Shown: positions 1 through 24,271 of the stretch, piece by piece
Layout: every line of letters starts with the position of its first letter
How positions within the stretch are numbered: position 1 is the first letter of the stretch
Source of the DNA: the human T2T-CHM13v2.0 reference genome, Homo sapiens
Assembly (NCBI RefSeq): GCF_009914755.1
Contig: NC_060938.1
Strand: one strand, 5' to 3'
Length of the DNA: 64,000 bases
Position numbers and translations under genes: made by a program
The notes under the pieces: generated by a model
Database searches by the model: none
What the model saw: only the letters and a program-made list of their open reading frames with translations
What the model was told of the DNA's origin: nothing

Positions 1-25
1 GCTCACTGCAACCTCCACCTCCCAG
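1..25 (-). mobile_element. Alu fragment cut by window start
   Basis: GCTCACTGCAACCTCCACCTCCCAG matches antisense Alu right-arm sequence; similarity stops at ~25. Confidence 0.7.
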
Positions 26-70
26 AAAAAGAAAGCAAATACGGCAAACAGCATCAGCTTTTTAGAAGAA

Positions 71-1261
71 GCTGGAGCTTCTGGTGGGTGGACCATGCTG
101 GAGCTTCTGGTGGGTGGGCGATGCTGGAGCTTCTGGTGGGTGGACCATGCTGGAGCTTCTGGTGGGTGGGCGATGCTGGAGCTTCTGGTGGGTGGACGAT
201 GCTGAATCTTCTGGTGGGTGGACCATGGTGGAGCTTCTGGTGGATAAATAATGCTGGAGCTTCTGGTGAGTAGACCATGGTGGAGCTTCTGGTGGATAAA
301 TTATGCTGGAGCTTCTCATGGGTAAATCATGCTGGAGCTTCTGGTAGGTGGACCATGCTGGAGCTTCTGGTGGGTGGACCATGCTGGGGCTTCTGGTGGG
401 TGAACCATACTGGAGCTTCTGGTGGATAAATTATGCTGGAGCTTCTCATGGGTAAATCATGCTGGAGCTTCTGGTAGGTGGACCATGCTGGAGCTTCTGG
501 TGGGTGGACCATGCTGGGGCTTCTGGTGGGTGAACCATACTGGAGCTTCTGGTAGGTGGGCCATGGTGGAGCTTCTGGTGGGTAGACCATGGTGGAGCTT
601 CTGGTGGATGGACCATGCTGAGCTTCTGGTGAGTGAAGCATGCTGGAGTTTCTGGTAGGTGGACCATGGTGGAGCTTCTGGTGGGTGGAGCATGCTGGAG
701 CTTCTGGTGGGGTAAATCATGCTGGAGCTTCTGGTGGGTAAATCATGCTGGAGGTTCTGGTGAGTAGACCATGGTGGAGCTTCTGGTGGATAAATTATGC
801 TGGAGCTTCTCGTGGGTAAATCATGCTGGAGTTTCTGGTGGGTGGACCATGCTGGAGCTTCTCATGGGTAAATCATGCTGGAACTTCTGGTGGGTGGAAC
901 ATGCTGGAGCTTCTGGTGGGTGGACCATGCTGGAGCTTCTGGTGGGTGGACCATGGTGGAGCTTCTGGTGGGTAAATTATGCTGGAGCTTCTGGTGGGTG
1001 GACCATGTTGGAGCCTCTGGTGGGTGGATCATGCTGAAGCTTCTGGTGGGTAAATCATGCTGGAACCTCTGGTGGGTAAATCATGCTGGAGCTTCTGGTG
1101 GGTAAATTATGTTGGAGCCTCTGGTGGGTAAATCATGCTGAAGCTTCTGGTGGGTAAATCATGCTAGAGCCTCTGGTGGGTAAATCATGCTGGAGCCTCT
1201 GGTGGGTAAATCATGCTGGAGCCTCTGGTGGGTAAATCATACTGGAGCCTCTGGTGGGTGG
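71..1261. repeat. 26-bp minisatellite (VNTR-like), ~46 copies
   Basis: Tandem unit GCTGGAGCTTCTGGTGGGTGGACCAT with variants (TAAATCAT, GAGCCTCT); G-rich on + strand; explains all ORFs at 54-1376. Confidence 0.97.
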
Positions 1262-1491
1262 GGTATCCACACACCTGTGGGTGCCCATTGATAGTGGGGA
1301 CTTCACCCCATGTCCCAGAATCCTGCAAGGAGGCCACACCCCCCATACATTCTTTACAGTAAGTTAATACGTCCACAGCACGCTGTGCGTTTCCCCAAAA
1401 ATGACATCGGCCAATTACACTTTCAAATCACATGCCTTCCCGATGGGCAAAACTGGAAATGTGAACACACTTTAATCCTCAGATAATGTAA

Positions 1492-2056
<565 letters not shown>

Positions 2057-2135
2057 TTTTTTTTTTTTTTTAGAACAGTCCATTTGTCCCTGGAAAGATG
2101 CATATATATTTGTATATAATAATGTTGGAATTTCA

Positions 2136-2447
<312 letters not shown>

Positions 2448-2526
2448 CTTTTTTTTTTTTTTTTAGAACGGTCCATTTGTCCTTGGAAAGCTGCATATAT
2501 ATTTGTATATAATAATTTGGAATTTC

Positions 2527-2648
2527 ATTTATTTATTTATTTATTTTTTGAGACAAAATCTCTCTCTTGTCGCCCAGGCTGGAGTACAGTGGTGTGATCT
2601 CCTGCCTCCCAGGTTCAAGCGATTCTCCTGCCTCGGTCTCCTGAGTAG
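2527..2648 (-). mobile_element. Alu right-arm fragment (duplicate of the 2136 copy, internally deleted)
   Basis: GAGACAAAATCTC..CTTGTCG shared with previous Alu; deletion at GATCTC|CTGCCTCCC; ends at CTGAGTAG. Confidence 0.85.
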
Positions 2649-3102
<454 letters not shown>

Positions 3103-3144
3103 AAACACGCCAGACACTTTGCATTTGCTCAATAAGGTTTTGTG

Positions 3145-3400
3145 GCTATTTGAGGTTTTCAACCCTAGCCTCCCTCCCTTCCTCCCTCCCTCCCTCTCTT
3201 CTGCTAGTCCCCCAGCTTCTGTTGTTCCCATGTTTATATCCACGTATATCCAACACTTAGCTCCCACTTATAAGTTGAGAACATGCAGGATTTGTTTCTG
3301 TGTTCCTGTGATAATGATCTTAGGATAATATTCCCCAGCTGCATCCAGGTTGCCACAAAGGACATGATTTCTTTCTTCCTTATAGCGTATTCCATGGCAA
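3145..3400 (-). mobile_element. L1 3' UTR fragment, continuation of 2649-2735
   Basis: TTAGCTCCCACTTATAAG..GAGAACATGC..AGGATAAT..CCAGCTGCATCCA.GTTGC..CAAAGGACATGATTTC matches antisense L1 3' region. Confidence 0.8.
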
Positions 3401-3729
3401 AGCTACATATTTCAAAGTACTTCAGTGATATAATTCACACCAATACATCAATAACGAGATAAATAAATAACCTAAGGCATTTTTTTCAGTGTTTGCCATC
3501 GGAGTAATGGGCACACCCAATCTGGTTGTAATTTTTCTCTCCCAGTTTGCTGAGCAGAGAGGCCCAGCTTTTTCCAATGTGACTTGGGGCAAATTCACCT
3601 GGCTGTTCAGCTCAAGAGACAGAGATTAAGCCGCACTACAGCCAGGTACTGTTTCCAAGAAACTCAAGACTCCTTCCTCTGGTCCTGTGCACAGAGACAG
3701 CTGAGGATAAGACACCACCTTTACTTTAA

Positions 3730-4391
<662 letters not shown>

Positions 4392-4412
4392 TAAATAGCA
4401 GTATCCCCCTCA

Positions 4413-5838
<1,426 letters not shown>

Positions 5839-6164
5839 ACACAGTTGAGATGCTCCAAACCTGCCAAGACTAAGCTGTTCCTCCTCGGGGAACACGTGGG
5901 CAGAGGCTGAACCGGGAAGGCCCCAAGCCGTTGCAGGGTGAGTAATTTCCGAGCGAGCAATTATAAAGAACCGAGTGCAACAGCTCCCCAAGGCACCCCC
6001 GGATTCCCGCAGCATGCACGTAATTGCAGCCAGACAGTAGCCTCGCTGTGGCCTGTGTCCCAACCCTAACCCTGCACCCCGCTTGGCACTCCCACATATG
6101 GGACAATTTTCCCAGCTGATTGCTGGAAATTGATGAAGGGAAGTTTTGTGGCCGCAGGAGCATG

Positions 6165-6465
6165 CCACCATGCCCTGTTAATTTTTAAACATGTTTTGGA
6201 GAGAGGGGGTCTCACTATGTTGCCCAGAGCACCACCATGCCCCATTAATTAAAAAAAAAAATTTGTAGAGATGGGGTCTTGCTATCTTGCCCAGGCTGGT
6301 CTCAAACCCAGAGCACCACCATGCACCATGAATTTTTAAAAAAATTTGCAGAGATGGGGTCTTGCTATGTTGCCCAGGCTGGTCTCAAACTCATGAGCTC
6401 AGGCAATCTTCCTTCCTCCAACTCCCAAAGTCCTGGGATTACAGGCCTGAGCCACTGTGCTGCCC
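6165..6465 (-). mobile_element. AluJ/FLAM-like left arm with linker region triplicated
   Basis: Three successive CCACCATGC..AATT..AGAG..GGGGTCT..CTAT.TTGCCCAG blocks then one complete left arm. Confidence 0.8.
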
Positions 6466-7145
<680 letters not shown>

Positions 7146-7386
7146 TCTTTGCTTTTCTTAAGTGACTCCATGGGGGACCCATGCAGCCAGCACCATCTCG
7201 GCTTTTTCTCCCTGGCAGGTGTCTGCAGGAAACCAGCATCCCAGTTAACTTCAGACGCGAGAGTGTTGATTATACGCTCAGGGCCCCACATTAGGGAAGT
7301 TTGTGAGTCACAGCCCCACACTGGGTCTCCCAGGGATCAACAAGATCCACAAACCAGCATGGTTAGGACAAGTGGTTTTACAGTCC

Positions 7387-7708
7387 TTTTTTTTTTTCTT
7401 TTCTTTTCTTTTCTTTTCTTTTTTTTTTGAGATGGAGTCTTGCTCTGTCGCCCAGGCTGGAGTGCAGTGGCGCGATCTCGGCTCACTGCAACCTCCACCT
7501 CCTTGGTTCATGCCATCCTCCTGCCTCAGCCTCCTGAATAGCTGGGACTACAGGCTTCCACCACCACGCCCAGCTAATTTTTTTTGTATTTTAGTAGAGA
7601 CAGGGTTTCACTGTGTTAGTCAGGATGGTCTCGATCTCCTGACCTCATGATCTGCCCGCCTCGGCCTCCCAAAGTGCTGGGATTACAGGCGTGAGCCACT
7701 GTGTCGCC
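7387..7708 (-). mobile_element. Alu (AluY/Sc-like)
   Basis: (TTTTC)n tail, antisense Alu body. Confidence 0.92.
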
Positions 7709-8034
<326 letters not shown>

Positions 8035-8694
8035 CCTTACAGTCCTTTTTAACTCACTTCTAGAAGAAACCATCTCAGCCGCTTTTACACATCTGCAGCT
8101 GAGACAAGTGTGGGGCACAGGTTTCCCTGGTGACCCAGGGAAGGGATCAAATTGCTGTGTCCACTTTGCAACACCAGCATCTACCAGGTACTGCGAGGCA
8201 GAAGCTCAAAACCATGCATGACTTTCCTTGGCTTTTTTTTTTTTAATAAACCTCTGTTCAAAAATAAACTTAACACGTTTTTCTGAGCAGCCTGAACCTG
8301 TTCCCAATTTCTTGTCCACACAATAAAAAATATACAAGTGCATTATTTTAAGGGTGACTTTAGCTGAGCTTTCTGGGGGGAGAAAAACGGCCCCTGCCTG
8401 GAGCCAGAAGCGTGTTCGGAGAGTTTGATGGCGTTTGATGTTAAGGCAGGGGCCACCTGGGTCGGCCTGTCATCGAATGACGTTTTCACACCAGTCCCCA
8501 AAACAGGAGATCTCGAAAATCTGACATCCAAGGTTTTAGATCTTGGCTTAGAAAAATAGACATTCCAAGATGCCTGAAGTGTTTAAGTGGCTACTGCTAA
8601 TTGGATAGTGTTGACTGTGGAAGTAATGGATCCCAAATTGAAATGGGAGATTAGATGATTAGACGTATTCTCCAGATGCTTACAAAAACAATTA

Positions 8695-8738
8695 TGTGTG
8701 TGCTTGTGTGTGTGGAGAGAGAGAGAGAGAGAGAGAGA
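8695..8738. repeat. Compound (TG)n(GA)n microsatellite
   Basis: Direct reading of sequence. Confidence 0.85.
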
Positions 8739-8752
8739 AAGGTATATAGACA

Positions 8753-11865
<3,113 letters not shown>

Positions 11866-13153
11866 AACTCCCCAGTCTGCCTAAGATATTTTCTGTTATT
11901 TTATAAGACATAACCCTCATGAGTTCTTTTGTATCTGCTGCTGCTGTTATTCTGAAAATAGTGTAAAGTTTTGGAGTTTCAGGTACAAGAGGACCCTGCA
12001 GATATCAGCCACCTGCTTTTCCCTCCCTTCCTGGGGAGGTTCGGTTCTGCCTAACACGCACTCTCTGGTACATCCCTGTGGGTCTCAGAGCCGCCCTCTC
12101 CTTGTCTGTAAGGAGGGAGGTGCGGTACCCACTCCGGGGACCCCCTTCATCCTTGGGGCACTCAGCGTGTGAGTCAGCTTGGCCTTCTCCTTCACAGACA
12201 AGTGTCATTGTCACAAGAGAGCGTGGGCCATTCAGAGGACTCTCACCCTCATGAGGCTGGCATTGCGTGTCACCGCGTTGGAGCCAGAGGCAAACTCAAA
12301 ACGCATGGGCCCTGCTTCCCTCTTCTCAGAAATGAGGAGAACCTCTGGTAGAGATGACTTTTGGGGGCTCGCGGGGTCGGTGCAGAGGGGGTGTCTGGGG
12401 CCGAGCTGGGACCCGGCTGTCAGGAACCTCTTTACACTTCAGGTTGTCTGTGCCCGAGCAGATCCTGGGCTGTTGAATCATGGTAGGCAAACCACAGAAC
12501 GATCTTTTGGGGTGTAACCTCAGGCTCTGTTCACTCACTGGCATCGTCAAATCACACCTACAAAGAGCTGGCAAACTATTCCCTAAGCACAGAAATCCTC
12601 ATGCTTATTTGCGGCCATTCCGAGCCCTGCAGGTGGCTAGGGAGAGAGCCATAAGGTATTTCTTGTGGCGGGGGCGGGGGGCCCTCTCTGGCATTCCCAG
12701 GGCTGCCCCCAGGACCTGGAATCAAGCAGGAGAAAGAAGGACATAACCGAGAGAAGGCTTCCTCTCCGTGAGGCCGTGGAGTCCGGCCCCGGCGGAAAAT
12801 AAACTTCTTAATACGATTGAGATCAACAGACAGGGCTTTTCTCTGTGATACATTTAAGCAAATTGAATGCAATTACCTCAATTGAATTCAGAGCAAGGCC
12901 TGCCCTGACCTTCCCTGAAGCGTTCTGCCCACTTGGAGAGCAGGCTGGGGCACACATGACATCATCTGGACAATTTGCACATATTTATATAATTTGTCAT
13001 GATGCGGTCTGCACAGGCTAGAGGCTGCGAGGTTTGCCTCCAGCACCGCTGTGAAATCAGGCCTGTGAGAATCACTTGCTGGACATATCTCTTGTGTGTG
13101 TTATTTACTTCGAATTCAAGTGTACCTAGTCACTAGTGGGGGGAGTGGGGTGG

Positions 13154-13154
<1 letters not shown>

Positions 13155-13186
<32 letters not shown>
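13155..13186. repeat. (TG)n microsatellite, ~16 units
   Basis: Perfect TG run. Confidence 0.95.
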
Positions 13187-13187
<1 letters not shown>

Positions 13188-13964
13188 CGGGCAGAAGATG
13201 CAAATCCGTTGATACAAATCAACAAGCAATATTATGGTATAAGGGAGGGAAATAAAGCCAGCAGGTGCTATAATACATGTCAAAAAAAATCTGTTTTATG
13301 CTTATGCCACTGTAAGACAACAGACAGCTGTGTAGAGGTGTGGCTTCAGCGACTGCCGAGGAAGGGTTATTTGTGGGTACAGCCATGGGATGTCAGAGGT
13401 GTCTCTATTCTGACCTCAGGCACTGAGGTCCTGCCCACGAATGGCGTGGTAGCGTGGGGAATATTCGAAGGAAAACAGAGAGGTGTCTGGATGATCTGTT
13501 TTGTTTCAGGAAGCAAACCAGCATGATGCAGGCAGCCTGAACTGAGAAAAGGAGGTTTCCGGATTTCCAAAGACACACTGAGTTCGCTGACATGTATCAG
13601 GGAGAAAAGCTCATTCAGAGATCTCCGCTGTATTACAAATTTTAATTTCTCCTGGCGTGGGAGTTCACAGCAGCCTTATGGAGGGAAATTCCTCCAAGCC
13701 TGCGTGTCATAAACTGAACTACAGGGTTTAGGGTCCTCAGGCTGCCCAGGGATGTTGGAGGTCCACAGGTCAACTGCAGGGAGATGGATTCCCCAAATGA
13801 GCAAGAGGGTTCTGATGCTCAGGAAATAGATTAGTAGCTCCAGGCAGGTGTGGCTTCATGACCGTAAGGAAATGGAAGCAAAGAGTTGTTGGGCATGTAG
13901 AACTTTCATTTCTTGCACATTTATTCAGAGACAGAGCATATACATTTTTGGTAGAAAATTCAAT

Positions 13965-14572
13965 ATTGCTGTTGATCTCAAATTCAAGTGTAGCTGGGCA
14001 CACATGCATACAGCTGTTAACCTTGAATTCAAGCGTACCTGGGCTGCTGTTTACTTTGAATTCAAGTGTATCTGGGCATGCATGCATACTGTTGTTCACC
14101 TCGAATTCAAGTGTAGCTGAGCACACATCTGTTCTCCTGTTTATCTCGAATTCAAGTGTTATCTGGGCATGCCTCGTGCTGCTGTTCACCTTGAAATCAA
14201 GTGTACCTGAGCACGCATCTGTTCTGCTGTTTATCTCGAATTCAAGTGTATCTGGGCATGCATCGTGCTGATGTTTACCTCGAACTCAAGTGTAGCTGGG
14301 CACACATCGTGCTGCCGTTCACCTTGAATTCAAGTGTACCTGAGCATGCATCCATACTGCTGTTTATCTCAAATTCAAGTGTACATGGGCACACATCTTT
14401 TCTGCTGTTTATCTCGAATTCAAGTGTAGCTGGGCACGCATGCATACTGCTGTTCACCTCGAATTCAAGTGTACCTGAGCACGCATCTGTTTTGCTGTTT
14501 ATCTCCAACTCAAATGTACCTGAGCATGCATCTGTTCTGCTGTTTACCTCGAATTCCACTGTACCTGGGTAG
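13965..14572. repeat. 44-45-bp minisatellite, ~14 copies
   Basis: Unit approx TGCTGTTTATCTCGAATTCAAGTGTACCTGGGCACGCATCTGTTC; AATTCAAG-type landmark recurs every 44-45 bp from 13981 to 14552 (one 34-bp unit). Confidence 0.95.
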
Positions 14573-14739
14573 GCATGCCATACTTTTATTGGTTAACTAG
14601 AGCAATTTGTAAAGCAATTGGGGCCAGCATCCTGCGGGATCCCAGACGCTTATGTTATGTGTATTTTAACACAATTTTAAAAATTGGAAAATAAAACAAA
14701 ACACCTAGAGCCATGATCTCTAAGGCCATGTGTGTTCTG

Positions 14740-15100
14740 CACCTATTACTCCTCACTCACTCCATTCCAGCCCCACTGGCCTTTTTCTGGCTCCTCAGAC
14801 ATGCCAAACACTCTCTGCCTCAGGGCCTTTGCAGTGTCTGTTGCCCTCATGTGGAATGCTCTTCCCACAGATCTCTCTATGACTCTCTCTCTGTCACTTG
14901 CTCTGCTCTAATGTCTCTTTTTCAGTGAGGCCTTTCCTGATCACCCTACAAAAAAGCACCCAGCAATATTCTCTATTCCTTTTCCTTGCCTTGTCTTGGT
15001 AGCACTTGCTCCTTGCTGACATATAGAAAGAATATGTGTTTATGCAATGGTGAATGTGATGACCATAGATTTTTCCCCAGCCCTGTTCTAGGCAGAGACT
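14740..15100 (+). mobile_element. L2 (LINE-2) 3' region relic
   Basis: CCAGCCCCACTGGCC..CTGCCTCAGGGCCTTTGCA..TGGAATGCTCTTCCC..GAGGCCTTTCCTGATCACCC resembles L2 consensus motifs; boundaries approximate. Confidence 0.75.
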
Positions 15101-15475
15101 GGGAAATGGGTCATTCCTGTCCCCTATTCCAATTCTCACCTTCTATAATGGCTTATTTTCCTTTTTAATGTTCTAACCTAATGTCGAGCAATTTCAGTTG
15201 ATTTTTTCATAAGCTGGAAAGTCCATGAAATCTCTTTCTATGGCTATTATTTTCTCAAACACTGCAGTGTCTTTTTTCAGTGTTTTCCATATATAATGAT
15301 ATTCCTAGGAATATCTCCTTGGCCTTCCTATCTAAATTCACCCAATGTGGTGTTCTTCATATTTCAAGTAAATTCAATACTGCCTTCATAATTGTTGGCA
15401 CCATTAAACTTTTATTGTCCCTGATAGGTAGGTGCTCATCTTATTGGTTAAATGAATGATTTTGGCAATTTCGCT

Positions 15476-15785
<310 letters not shown>

Positions 15786-16417
15786 AAAATGTCTTTTTGA
15801 TAGAGTGATTTTGAAGATTAAGCAGGCTAATGGGTCAAGCACGTAGTACAACATTTGAAGCCCAAAGGCAGGGAGTGTGAGCCCCAGGTGGTGGTGGGGG
15901 GGATGAAAGGAGAAGCAGGAGGCAATGGGGAACGAGACACTTGAGACTGGAACTCAGGGCTCTTCAGAGAGAGAAGCTTCCAGGTCCTGGAGAAGGGGCG
16001 AGACCCATGAGAGTCCCCTGGACGCTCAAAAGGAAGGGCCAGGTTTCCCTGACACAGAGGACTCCGTGGTCTCCTCCCCTCCTTTTCACCTCAGGAGGGA
16101 GGGAAAGAGGGGAAGAGAAGGTCCTGCAGAGGAGGCAGGATGGCCGGTTGAGGGGGGCCTTGGGCACTTTTTCCCAAGGGCTGCCTCCTGCGGCTGCCCC
16201 AGGGGCTTCCTTGAACAAGAATTCCCTGCTCTCCCGCTGAGAGCCAGGGTGGGTCCTCTGTCCCTCACCATGAAGTTCAATGAGTATTGGAAAGTCTGCA
16301 TGAGGTGAAGGGGCTTCAGCCCAACCACTGGTCCCTGCTGCACTCACTCCTCAAGAAGGACCACCAGCTGCCTGATGGTGAGCATGGAGCAGGTCTGAGT
16401 GGACCAGACTAGGGCCA

Positions 16418-19540
<3,123 letters not shown>

Positions 19541-20870
19541 GTGACATAATAATCAGGTATGGTTTTGCTGGGGTATGTATTACATTGTTGTATTTTGCCT
19601 AGTCTATAGGATTAGGGGGAATAGCTGTGGTAAATTCCCACAGAGGCAGTTGCAAAACTCCCTACGCTTCTCTCTCCCATTTGCAGTTTAGTTTGCTAAA
19701 ATCTGCTAAAGCTGTTTCTAATTCACTACTTTGTAGCAATCTTTGGCTTTGTTTTGGAGGACTAGTAAATCAGTTAGCTGATATTGGTTTGAAAACCCTG
19801 AATCATAAGTCTTAAGCATTATTTGGAATTCCTTGGCAAACATAAGGTGTCTTGAGTCAGATCAGGAAATCCAAACATCAGAGCATTTAATTCTGACTTG
19901 GTGTAAGGTGTATATCTTATGTTTGAACCCACTCTTCCTGTGGGTTTTGTTTTAAAAGAAATGACTACTATTTTGTCTTCTCCTGTAGCTATTTCTGGAC
20001 CCTTTGTGGTTTAAGAAGGAATACAGGGAGGAGAAAGAGAAAAAAAATGAAATCATCCAGGCAAGGAAGTTTAGAAAGCAGAGGTTTAGGAGAAGAAAAA
20101 GAAGAGACAGTTTCCCGCAGTTTCCTGATTTTAGAAGATGATTTTGCTACTTTTCTTTAATTCTGAGGTAGTTTCAAATATTTTGTTGTTACCTTTCTGG
20201 AAATAAATAAGTTTATCATTTCTAATTTTGGATGTTTTTAGGTGCCAGCTAAAATACAACCCTCATTTATTTTCCTTGATGCAGAAACCTAACTTCTCTA
20301 ATTTAGCATACGAGAAGACCAGTTTGGGAATATTTAAAGTTCTTCACTTTGGGAACCTTAGATGTTGGTCGTCCTTAGTAAAATCCTCCCTTTACATAAA
20401 TGTTTGCAAGAAGAGGTGTTATAATTATCAAACATAAAACAAGCAGGGGTGCCCAAAGGGGGACATACTCCTTGCCTGTCCTCGAATTTAGAGATATTTT
20501 TTCTCATTTTTCTTTAAAAGGAGAAGTTGAACAACATATATATTGTATATAAAATATATAATATATAATATATATTACATATAATTTATAACATAGACAT
20601 ATAATATATTTTTAATATATGTATTATACATACAAAGTATTCTATATATAAAATATATAATATATATTATATATGTCAAAAAATATAATATATATTATAT
20701 GTCATATTGTATAAATATAATACTTATATATTATCAATTATTATATTACATATAATATATATAATATAAGATGCAGGATGTAAAAAAAATTATATATATG
20801 TTATATATATTATATTTATGATACTATATATTATTATATACATAATGTATATATAATATATATATATATA

Positions 20871-21436
20871 TGTGGATGCCCTATTTCCCATCTCATAACT
20901 TATTTTAAGAAGCGCAGCATAACAATGTGTGGGCTTGGGATTCAGTTTTTGAAACAAAACACTGAGCCTTCAATGACCTTTCGGTCTCTGTAAAAGCACA
21001 CCTGTCTTCCTGGCAGCAGTTGGACCTCACAATGTGGATTGTGCCCTCACCCTGCAATGTTTATGCCCTATCGCTATGGTGACGGGATTAGGGATCTCCT
21101 GCTCTTGGTCCTAAGGGCCATTGTCTGTGCTGTGTTTTTCAAAGGTCAGAACAGATTGGACCTTTGTGGTTTTATTTTACCTGAGTTTCATTTTTCTCAT
21201 GGGGAACCTGTGTTGCTGCATTGAAGGTATATTCCTACTGGCCTTTCAAATGCCAACTCTTCAAATTACTAGTTAATGCTTTCAAAATATGTTATTTAAA
21301 AAATTATCCTCTGTATTTTCCATATGAAGTTATAAATATGTTTCATGGTTATGTTTTATTCCTCAGTTTATATATTTGATTGTTGTACTAAGCAGAGTAC
21401 CTTTGAAATTTTTTTTCATTTAAAAAATATGTACCT
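20871..21436 (+). repeat. HSATI-type complex core of the first unit (~565 bp; one per unit)
   Basis: Non-simple segment from TGTGGATGCCCTATTTCCCATCTC to AATATGTACCT, near-identical in all 18 units. Confidence 0.85.
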
Positions 21437-21728
<292 letters not shown>

Positions 21729-23425
21729 TTATATATGATATATATTGTATGTTATGTAATACGCTTTATATGTAATATATAACCTCATATATATGTCATA
21801 ATATATAATATTTATCCTATGTCATCTTATATATATTATATATATTACATAACATACATAATATATAATACATACTATACATCTTATATATGAAAATATA
21901 TAATTATAGATAACATAACACATAGTTATATATAATATGATATATGACACATATACTATATCATATATGATATATAATATATATATTTTTGATTACATAT
22001 TATAATTTATATATAATATAATTTATATAATGATATAATTATTTATATAATATAAAAAATATACATAATTATATAATTATATATAATATGAATAAAATAT
22101 ATAATTATGTATTTACATATTAATAAGTATAATAATATAATTAAATATATAATTATATATAATATAATAGACAACATACATATAATATATAATATATAAA
22201 ACACAATATATGATACATAATATATATTATATTTAATATATCATAATTTAATATATATTTTAATATTATGTATGTAACATATATATTTTGATATATAATA
22301 TATATTATGTAATATAAAATAATATAAAATAATATATATTACATTATGATATATTATATAAAGTATGTAATAAAATTATACGAAACATAATATATAGTTA
22401 TATATAATCTATTATATAGTTTTATGTAATATTATATTATGTATTTACATAAAATATTATACGGTTATATCTAATTTTAAATAGTTATATATAATATAAC
22501 ATAAAACATATATAATATTTATCATATAATATATATTATATACCATATATATTATGGATCACATATTGTATGTTTGTTATCATATATTATATATCATATA
22601 TCATATATTATATCTTATATATATCACATACCACATATGGTATATTATAAATTATGTATAATATATGACATACATTATATTATATATAATAAATTATTCA
22701 TTATATGCAACATAGTATTTATTCTATATAACATATATAGTATATAAAATATATAATATATAACATATATTACATAGAATTTATAACATAGACATATAAT
22801 ATATATTTAATATATGTATTATACATACAATGTATTATATATATAAAATATATAATATATATTATATATGTCATAAATTATAATATATATTATATGTCAT
22901 ATTGTGTATATACAATTATATATTAATATATATTATTTTATATTATATATGACATAGATATAATATATACATTATATGTAATATATATTATATATTTAAT
23001 ATGCATATTAACCATATAATATATTCTATATATGATATATAATATATATTATATCTCTCATAAAATATATATATTATATGTCATATTGTATATATACAAT
23101 TCTATATTATTTTATATGATTTTATATTATATATAACATAGATATAATATATAAAATATATGTAATATATATTACATATTTAATAGATATATTAACCATA
23201 TAATATATTCTATATACGATATAAAATATATATTATATATGACATAAAATATTATATATTATATGTCTTATGGTATAAATATAATACTTATATATTATCA
23301 ATTATTATATTACCTATAATATATGTAGTATAAGATGCAGGAGGTAAAACAATATTATATATATATTATATATATTATATATATGATTCTATATATTATT
23401 ATATACGTAATATATATATATATAT
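21729..23425. repeat. AT-rich low-complexity tract of the first full unit (~1.7 kb here, ~1.55 kb in other units)
   Basis: Degenerate (TA)n/(TATAA)n sequence copied with high fidelity between units. Confidence 0.92.
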
Positions 23426-24118
23426 TTGTGAGGGCCCCGTATCCCATCTCATAACTTGTTTTAAGAAGCACAGCGTAATAATGTGTGGGCTTGGGATTCA
23501 GTTTTTGAAACAAAACACTAAGCCTTCAATGAACTTTCGGTATATGTAAAGGCACTCTGTCTTCCTGGCAGGAGTTGGACCTCACAATGTGGATTGTGCC
23601 CTCACCCTGCAATGTTTATGCCCTATCGCCATGGTGACGGGATTAGGGATCTCCTGCTCTTGGTCCTAAGGGCCACTGTCTGTGCTGTGTTTTTCAAAGG
23701 TCAGAACAGAGTGAACCTCTGTGGTTTTATTTTCCCTGAGTTTGATTTTTCTCATGGGGAACCTGTGTTGCTGCTTTGAAGGTGTATTCATACTGGCGTT
23801 TCTAATGCCAACTCTTCAAATTACTAGTTAATGCTTTCAAAACACGTTATTTAAAAAATTATCCTGTGTATTTTCCATATGCAGTTATAAATATGTTTCA
23901 TGGTTATGTTTTATTCCTCAGTTTATATATTTGATTATTGTACCAAGCAGAGTACCTTTGAAATTTTTTTTCATTTAAAAAATATGTATCTTGGCTCAGG
24001 CCTGTAATCCCAGCGAATTTGGAGGCCAAGGCAAGGGGATCACAAGGTGAAGAGATCAAGACCATCCTGGCCAACACAGTGAAACGCTGTCACTACTAAA
24101 AATTCAAAAAATTAGCTA

Positions 24119-24271
<153 letters not shown>

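Noticed and set aside
54-1376. Pro/His/Ser-rich and Trp/Gly-rich repetitive ORFs on both strands
   Set aside because: Translations of the 26-bp minisatellite; unit is not a multiple of 3 so frames cycle
6061-6073. AACCCTAACCCT (and GGGTTTAGGG at ~13724) as interstitial telomere remnants
   Set aside because: Only about two hexamers; expected by chance
12100-12800. GC-rich patch with GCGGGGCGGGGG (~12668) as a promoter or CpG island
   Set aside because: CpG density appears modest, single GC box, and no associated exon or gene structure visible
13965-14572. Palindrome-containing regular repeats as a CRISPR-like array, and the ORFs over them
   Set aside because: Units are contiguous with no unique spacers, context is primate DNA, no cas genes; ordinary minisatellite
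15925-16347. Overlapping 127-aa ORFs on both strands in a GC-rich patch
   Set aside because: No recognisable domain or exon structure; open frames on both strands reflect stop-codon scarcity
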